34,283 nucleotides of DNA from Spirogloea muscicola (taxonomy: Eukaryota), in assembly GCA_009602725.1 (NCBI GenBank), contig WELB01000011.1, positions 173,241-207,523 of the forward strand, written 5' to 3'. Positions 24,439 through 34,283 of the stretch are shown one piece after another. A model generated the notes under the pieces. It made no database searches. It had not been told where the DNA came from and saw nothing but the letters and a program-made list of their open reading frames with translations. Position 1 is the first letter of the stretch. Each line of letters starts with the position of its first letter. Position numbers and translations under genes: made by a program.

Positions 24439-25118
24439 CCAGCTGTAACAATTGAGCAACAGCACGGCGTTACCTTCCTGAGAAGCAGTCCTCTGCTTCT
24501 GTCTGTGTTGTGTAACGAGCTTCGGCCACAAGGCTGCAGGCGTCGGTGACGTATGCTTTTCCATTCACTGCTGAGCACCCTCTCCCCGCCTCCCTCGCAT
24601 TTCCTCCTCCCTCGTATGCGTCCATGTTATAAGGTGGCTGCTCTCCACACGTTCATGCGGAGCCTGGACTGCTGGAGCAGGCTCGCCAGACACCTCCAGC
24701 TCCAGCTTCCCAGCTCCGGCACGTGTGACAAATTGAGCTTGCCTCCTGGAGTGTCTCAACATATGTGCATCTCCCGCCAACTTTTTGGTGTGGCTTTGAC
24801 TCGTCTCATTTTGGCAGTCAGGCTTTATATGCACAGCAACTGCTTGAAGGTTTGCAAGGAAAATTGCATTCAGAACAAATTGGACAAATGCTGAGATCAA
24901 CAGTTGCCTGAGCTTGGTAAGTCGGCTTGCAATTCTCATCGTGGACATAAATAATCATATCATTCAAGCATAAGCAATTTAGCTCTGTGCTTCTAATCCA
25001 GTCCAGCTCAGGAGTTTCGGAATGGTGCTGCTTTAGTGAGGCCCAACAAGCTGCATGAGCCAGGGGAGGTTCCTACAGCTTCCTCAACAGCGCTGAATCA
25101 TGCAAATAGCCGCCAATG

Positions 25119-28016
<2,898 letters not shown>

Positions 28017-28174
28017 TCCCTCCCTCACTCGCACCTCTCCTCCCTCACCTCCCCCGCTTCTCTCCTTTCTCCTTGCTCCCCGCCCTCCCAGTCTCCCCCT
28101 TCCCATATGCCCATCGCCCATCTCTCTGCTGCCCGCGCTGCCCTCCTCTCCTCACTGCCTGCAGCCGGCGCGCC

Positions 28175-30582
28175 ATGGGAGCCTCGCAGTCGGCCGCCGA
28201 GTCGGGGTCCGATGGCGACGACGATCCTGGCGAGGAGGCAGGAGGAAGAGGAGGAGGGGCGGGGAGCCTGGGTGATGCCAGCCCTGACAGCTCCTCCCCT
28301 CCCTCCTCACCTCCCTCCTCCTCCTCTCCCCTCGCCCCCCGGCTGCCCACCTCCCACCTCCCAGCCGTCCCCATCGTCCTCTCCCTAAGGACATGGTCGA
28401 CTGCCAGCCCCTCCGGGCGCTTCCGTCGCCGCACCCGGCGACCCACGTCCCAGCCGTCCCCATCGTCCTCTCCCTCAAGGACATGGTCGATTGCCAGCCC
28501 CTCCGGGCGCTTCCGTCGCCGCACCCGGCGACCGGCAGCGACTGCAGCCTTGCCCCTGCATCGCTCCGCCGCGACGAGAGAGAAATGCAGGCCACCAGCA
28601 ACTGCCCCCGCCCTGCGGTCAGCTCCTGAGCTGGGCCACGCTCTTGCACTCTGCCCCTTCCCTCCTCTTGCCTGCTCTCTCTCACCGCGGCCCCCTCCCC
28701 CCCCCGAACCCTCCCTCTCTCTCTCTTCCTCCCCTACCCATTCCAATGATCTTTGATCCTGATCCTTGATTGAACGACTTAGATCAGCTTATGGCAATAG
28801 CTATGACCAGCCCCCATGGTGGCCGCTGTGCAGGCAAGCACGCCGGGGCCGGCAGGCGAGGCCAAGTGGCAGAGTCTCCGGTCCTCGTCAGGCCATGGCC
28901 AGCTCGGCGGAAGCGGCAACGGCAGGGGCGGCGGCTCAGCAAGCCAGCCCCCCTCTCTGCCCTCTGCCTCCCTCCCCTCGCTGCCACACCCGTTGCCACA
29001 GAACAGCCTCGCGCTGCCGCCGCCGCCGCCGCCGCCGCCGGCTGCCGCCCTCCTTGCCACCACCGCAGCGCCAGTGCTGCCACCGCCGTCGCCGCAGCTC
29101 CCGCGCCTGGCACTGATGCCGCGGCCGCTGTCGCCCTCGCCCAGCCCTGCGATGGTGCTCGTCCACTCCGCACCTGGCGCGGCTCTCTCGCCGCGCCGCC
29201 GAGCCGCTGGCCTCGTCGTAGAGGTCTTCCTCATGCGCCACGCTGAGAGCACCATGAACATGCAGCCACACCTCATTGGGGGCCGCTCACCCGCCGCCAC
29301 GCTCACTGGTCAGCCTGCCCCCATCTCCTTCCCTTTCTCCTGCTCCTCCCACCTCTGGACCCCCACTTACCTTCTCCGTCTTGTCCACATCGTTGCAGAG
29401 CGAGGGCAGCAGCAGGCTGGCGCGCTCGGGCGCTACCTGCGTGAATACCACGGCCTTCGGTTCCATGCTGTCTACTCCTCGCCGCTTCAGCGTGCGCGCA
29501 CCACGGCCGCTGTTGTCTGCCAGGTCTACAGCGCACCACCCCCCCTTCCCAACCCGCTGAACTCATGACCTTGCCCCGTTTGAGGATCTCATGTATCTGT
29601 CTTTATCAGAACAGAGCGAGGAGGGAGAGAAGGGAGGAGAGAAGTAGAAAAGTCTGAGGTTGCATATGAGGCCGTGTCTAGATTGACGACTCAGGCCGTG
29701 ACCAATGTGAGTGAGCGCTGCCGCAGGAAATGAGCCTCTGCGAGGAAGTGGTGGAGGTGGCAGATGCGCTTGCGGAGCTGAGCCAGGGCACGTGGGAGGG
29801 CCGCCTGCGCAGGCAGGTGTACACAGACGCCGTGCTTGCTCGCATGGCCGCCATGCAGCCCGACTTCCGAGCGCCTGGCGGCGAGTCCCAGCGCCAGGTA
29901 CCAATCCCCCTCCTCCTTTTACACTTAAGATCCTCACTTACTCTGTTTAATTCTCACCTCCATCACAACCTCCTCTGCCTCCTTGTGCACTCAGTGCAGC
30001 TTCATCTGTTAACCCAGCTGAGCACAGTCTGGCACCTCCCTCGTCCCCACCACTGTTGCACAGGTGGCCTTCCGGGCGGTCGAGTTTCTCCAGTCAGTGG
30101 TCCTGCCAGCAGCGGCGGCTTCTGTCGCTCTCGATGCCCCGGATGTAGCAGGTTCTTCAAAGGCAGCAGCGCTTGCTGAGGGCGTGGGCATTCTGGACTG
30201 TGTGCCCAGCTTCAGCGGTGGTGGCGGCTGCACAAGAAATGAAGCAGGTGGAGCGGGGAAGTGGCCAGCGAGCCCCCAAGCAGCAGCCAGCAGTAGTGGA
30301 GGAAACGGCGGCGGTGGCAGCGGAGGCGGCGGCAGAGGGGGCGTGCACCGTGTGGCAGTATTTACACACGCCATGACCATCAAGTGTGTGCTGGCTGCGC
30401 TCTTTGGCGCCGGCTCTGGAGGCCCCGACCTGCACCGCCGCCTTGACATTGACCCATCGAGCATCACACGCATGCGGCACTCCTCCGTTGACGGCTGGCA
30501 GCTCACCGGCCTCAACGACACTGCACACCTTGTGCTCGCTCGCAGTCCGCTCCTTGCTGGCCGGCACCATGACCAACTCTAG
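28175..30582 (+). CDS. Phosphoglycerate-mutase-like (histidine phosphatase superfamily) protein, At3g26780-like; apparent frameshift in exon 1
   Basis: EVFLMRHAES..PHLIGGR, VYSSPLQRARTTA, LAELSQGTWEG, PDFRAPGGESQRQV, VAVFTHAMTIK, GWQLTGLNDTAHL. The N-terminus MGASQS plus an acidic tract resembles the land-plant homologues (from memory). Exons 28175-28617, 28834-29308, 29399-29523, 29727-29897, 30064-30582. Exon 1 is out of frame as assembled. Confidence 0.85.
28353..28533 (+). repeat. Two-copy tandem duplication, period 89 bp
   Basis: tcccagccgtccccatcgtcctctccct(c)aaggacatggtcga...cacccggcgacc starts at 28359 and at 28448. Confidence 0.95.
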
Positions 30583-30795
30583 CCGTGGGCCAGTGCGCCA
30601 GTGGCAGCTTAACATTATCTTGACGACCAGCGCCGCAGCCACATTGCACATCGACTTGCAATCTAAGTAGGAGAGCGCTTAGTAGAGGAAGGGATAATGG
30701 TGGCTGTCATGTGTGGAGAGAAAGGAGGACATAGGGCGGGGAGGAAAGGAAGACGGCGGTGGGAGGTGGGGGAGTGCGGGTGGAGGGATGGCGCG

Positions 30796-30898
30796 NNNNN
30801 NNNNNNNNNNNNNNNNNNNNNNNNNNNNNNNNNNNNNNNNNNNNNNNNNNNNNNNNNNNNNNNNNNNNNNNNNNNNNNNNNNNNNNNNNNNNNNNNNN
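30796..30898. other. Assembly gap
   Basis: N run between the convergent PGM-like and NUB1 3' ends. Confidence 0.95.
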
Positions 30899-30932
30899 GG
30901 GGGGGGGAGGGGAGGGGGGGGGTGGGGCGACA

Positions 30933-33900
30933 TCAGGCGGCAGCCTGAGATAAATCTAGCAACGCCATGTACTCAGAGATGGCCGCGCCTTCGGCGGCCA
31001 CGTCTACGTCGTACTCAGCGAGCGGGTCACTGCTCACATCGCGTGCAAGCTCGCCTTCCATCTCTTCATCCACCGCCTCCTCCTCCTCCTCCTCCTCCTC
31101 GCCCCCATCCTCGGTGCCGCTGGTTCTTCTGCCGCTGCTGCGGCCGCTTCCGCTGCTGTTGATGCTGCTGCTGCCGCTGCTATCATTGCTCACCCCCTCC
31201 CCTGCTTCCTCCTCCCCTCCTCCTCTGCTCACCCCGGCCGTCTCGTCCAGCAACGCCTGCTGCCCCCTCTCCATGTCTTCGCCACCTCTCCCCCTATCGG
31301 GCAGAGCCCTTTCTTCGTCGGTGCCAGAGAGCAGCCTCTCCAGCGCCTCCCCACGGTCATTGTCGACGGCCTGCAGTGCCGCCAGCACTGAAAAGCCGAG
31401 TACACAGGAGATGCCACAGGCAGGCTCTCAGATTGAATTGCAAGGTCTAGATCGCATGATAATTTAGTCAGATAAAACACATGAAATCATGGGGGATAAA
31501 GTTAGATCAGTAACTCCAGGCCAGGGCCTGCAGCAGAAATGTCATCATGACAAAACTGCAGCAATCATGGAGCGCAAAGCTGAGGGTGGCTCCTCAGCAA
31601 CCACCTCGCTCATTTGAGAAGCCCATGCCAATGAGTTCGTCGGCAGCCGCCATATCAACGTCCTTCACTGACCTGCGCCGCACTTGTGCAGCCAGGGAGG
31701 CCTGCGGCCAAGCGGTACAACATCAGCAGCAGGCAAGAATGTCGGCCTCAAGAGAATAACAAAGTGCGGGCTTCTGTCAAGCTCAGGCCTTGCAAGGTCA
31801 GACCCATGATTGGCTGTCGAGTTTTTAACGCCAGTATCACGGCCGACAGCCTCGGAGCTGGCACGGGATACAAATCAGGCCGGCAGGGGGCAGGCTTGGT
31901 ACCTGTAAAGCTTTGCGAGCGTCGACGTTAAGGAGCTGGTCGAGCGCTGCATTGTTGTCATTCTCGCCCTGCCTCAGCGCCTCCGCCGCCAGCGGCCTAG
32001 CATATCTGCAGGCCGGCAACAGCAGGCATGCCATGGTGCCGGATATAGACCCTCAATTTCGGGGTCCAGGGCTAACTTGAATAAGACAAAGTAATGACCA
32101 ACCAAGATACAGGACTCAACTCATTTAAGCACTAGAAGTATCACCAGGGTGGGCTGATTAACGCAAGCACTGCAGGGAAGTAAAGCCCAAGCGGCTCACC
32201 CGAGCGAGCAGAGGTGGTCAAGCTTCCGGAGGTCTACGGCCCGGCCGTCTGGCGTCCTCCCAAACCGCCGCTGTTCTCTGACATCCACCGGAGCAACAGG
32301 GGTAACAGGGCGAGAGCTGCAATTAAACCATCCTGCAAGCCAGCAATGAGAATGATGTTCTACATTGCCGGCTACGTTGCTCCAGGGTAGGGCGATAAGG
32401 GGGGCTTGCTGCAAACCTGCGGTCACTGTCCTGGCGCTGCTGCTCCACCTGCCGCTTGTGCTGCCGCTGCTTCTGGTCCGTCGCAAACTCCACCGCCCGC
32501 AACATGTCCTGACCGCAGAATCGCAAAGCCCTGCGCGACTCCCGCATCGAGAAGCCCATGGTGGCAAGCTGCGCCAGCGCCTCATCCGACACCTCCAGCT
32601 GCACGGCATTTGGGACTAGTCACAATAAGTCTCCCTCTGGATGAAGGAGACACCAAGACCTCAACATTGGCTCTCTTTGGCTTCATACTCAAGGAAAGGA
32701 CCGAGCAAAACTGAGAAGGTTGCATGGTGGGTTGCGCTTATCCAATGGCAGATGGACGCTGAACACTGAGTGAGGAGCAGCACCATCCGATCCTGCCTTC
32801 CGCCAACCACTAATTGTGACTCTTACTCGACAGGGGAGAGCAGGACCTGGTCAAGCTTGGCCTGCGCTGAGAGCAAGGAGGAGCGCGCGGCAGCTTCATC
32901 CCCCGAGTGGTAGGCCACAACGCCCTCCAGGAGCTCCAGCCTCACGTACCTAGAATTGCCGGAATATGTGGCTGTGAGCTTTACGCCAAATCTTTGAGCC
33001 CTCAAGACCCTGATTCTAGTCCTGCACAGTTGTCGAACTCCAGGACTGTATCCTGCAGCAACAGGAGCAGAAGCAGTGACTAAGCGTTGAGCATAGGCTT
33101 GCAAGCTGGAGGGGCGTCCCTCACGTGGCGAGCTCAGGGCGAAAGCCGCCCTGAAGGCGCTGCAGGCGCTGGAGGTCAGCGCCATGGGACCTCCGAAGGC
33201 CACTGCGCACCTCCGCCAGCCGCGCCCGGGCCTTGGGGAGCTGCTTAATGTCGCGCTGCTGGAAGAGGCACCACACTATGTCAATCTGCAAAATCGCCAC
33301 GTTGTCGACGGCCTGGCAACACAGCAGGCAGAGTCACAGCTGTCAGGCCCGCGAGAGCGAGCATGAGCAAGTGATGCCAGTCAAGTGGGGCGAGAGACGC
33401 CGTCCGACATTCCTCCGCTACATCAAAGCAGACCTGGCTGGCACCTGCCGAGCGCTGAGCCTTTCTCTCTGAGCTGGCCCTCACCTGCACATGCACCTTG
33501 TTGCATAACGCAAACGCCTCCTGCGGCGGCTCCCAGCGCGCCGCCCGCTGCAGTGTTAGCGGCTACCATAAAGAACAATAGTTGTGTGCTGCCTCTTCTC
33601 ATTAGTCACCTCTCAAACCAAAACTAGCTCAGCATACTCCGCTAGCAATGATCGGTTGCGTGAGACAGACCTCCGCCATCGTAAGGACCTCCAGTGCCTC
33701 CACAAACCGGGACTTGCTTAGGAGCCCCCGCGCCTTCGCATGGAGGACCAGGCCCATCGTCAGCGCCCTGCATGCAGCATCAATGCACGACCTTCCTCAG
33801 CACAATGACTAGCTTCGCAGGCGGGGCAATGGCTGGCTATGCGCGCTCAGTGCACACAGACAGCAGCATGATTTGACAACGCTTCAGCGGCGGCAATTTG

Positions 33901-34283
33901 CCATAGGGCACGACGGCGCAGATGCAGGCCCCGACCTGCGGTCGTCCTCGGACTCGAAGACCAGCTTGCGGCCGCTCTGGTTCTCCAGCAGCAGGTCGAA
34001 GCTGGCGCTGGGGAAGCGGTCGCCGCAGCGCCGCGACATGGCCTCCGCTGACGCCCTGCGGCGCCGCGCAGCGGCCGCGGCCATTGGCGGCACATCAGCA
34101 ACGGATGACCATCTCGCAGGCAGTGGACTGGCAGACGACGAGGCCGTGACGAGACCATGAGGCCGGTAAGGGGGACCTGGCGGGAAGCCAAGGCAGCCAG
34201 GGCGGCGGCGGCGGCGGCGGCGGCGGACCTGAGGCGCGCGAGGCGGTCCGCGCGCTCCTGCGCGAGCTCGAGCTCGCCCCGCG
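30933..34283 (-). CDS. NUB1: NEDD8 ultimate buster 1 (UBA-domain protein); 5' partial, 11 exons visible
   Basis: LLLENQSG, ALTMGLVLHAKA, VDNVAILQIDIVWC, YVRLELLEGVVAYH, three UBA-like units (LATMGFSMRESRRALRFC, LCSLGYARPLAAEALRQ, LIGMGFSNERVLAAL), and C-terminal DPLAEYDVDVAAEGAAISEYMALL. Exons >34283-34229, 34055-33936, 33767-33671, 33520-33485, 33312-33125, 32949-32847, 32598-32417, 32277-32200, 32005-31903, 31701-31605, 31387-30933 are phase-consistent GT-AG. Confidence 0.93.

Overview
Eukaryotic nuclear DNA from a GC-rich green plant lineage; gene content and intron positions suggest a streptophyte alga (inference). It is a draft assembly with N gaps. I reconstructed seven intron-containing genes by hand: plastid EF-G (-), an F-box/LRR protein (+), RPS15 (-), sucrose-phosphate synthase (+), a JMJD5/KDM8-like JmjC protein (-, 5' end lost in a gap), a phosphoglycerate-mutase-like protein (+) and NUB1 (-, 5' end outside the window). 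Between EF-G and the F-box gene (about 7.1-13 kb), and at 1-225, lie degenerate 3' ends of restriction-like-endonuclease (CRE-type) non-LTR retroelements. They fall into two subfamilies, recur in the same head-to-tail order, and show no recognisable reverse transcriptase. An orphan tesmin/TSO1 CXC exon sits among them. Other points are a 3 x 208-bp tandem repeat, an SPS lacking all three canonical phosphoregulatory serines, two predicted GC-AG introns in one gene, and an 89-bp frameshifting exonic duplication. I see no convincing new multi-gene system; the retroelement mosaic is the best candidate for something undescribed.
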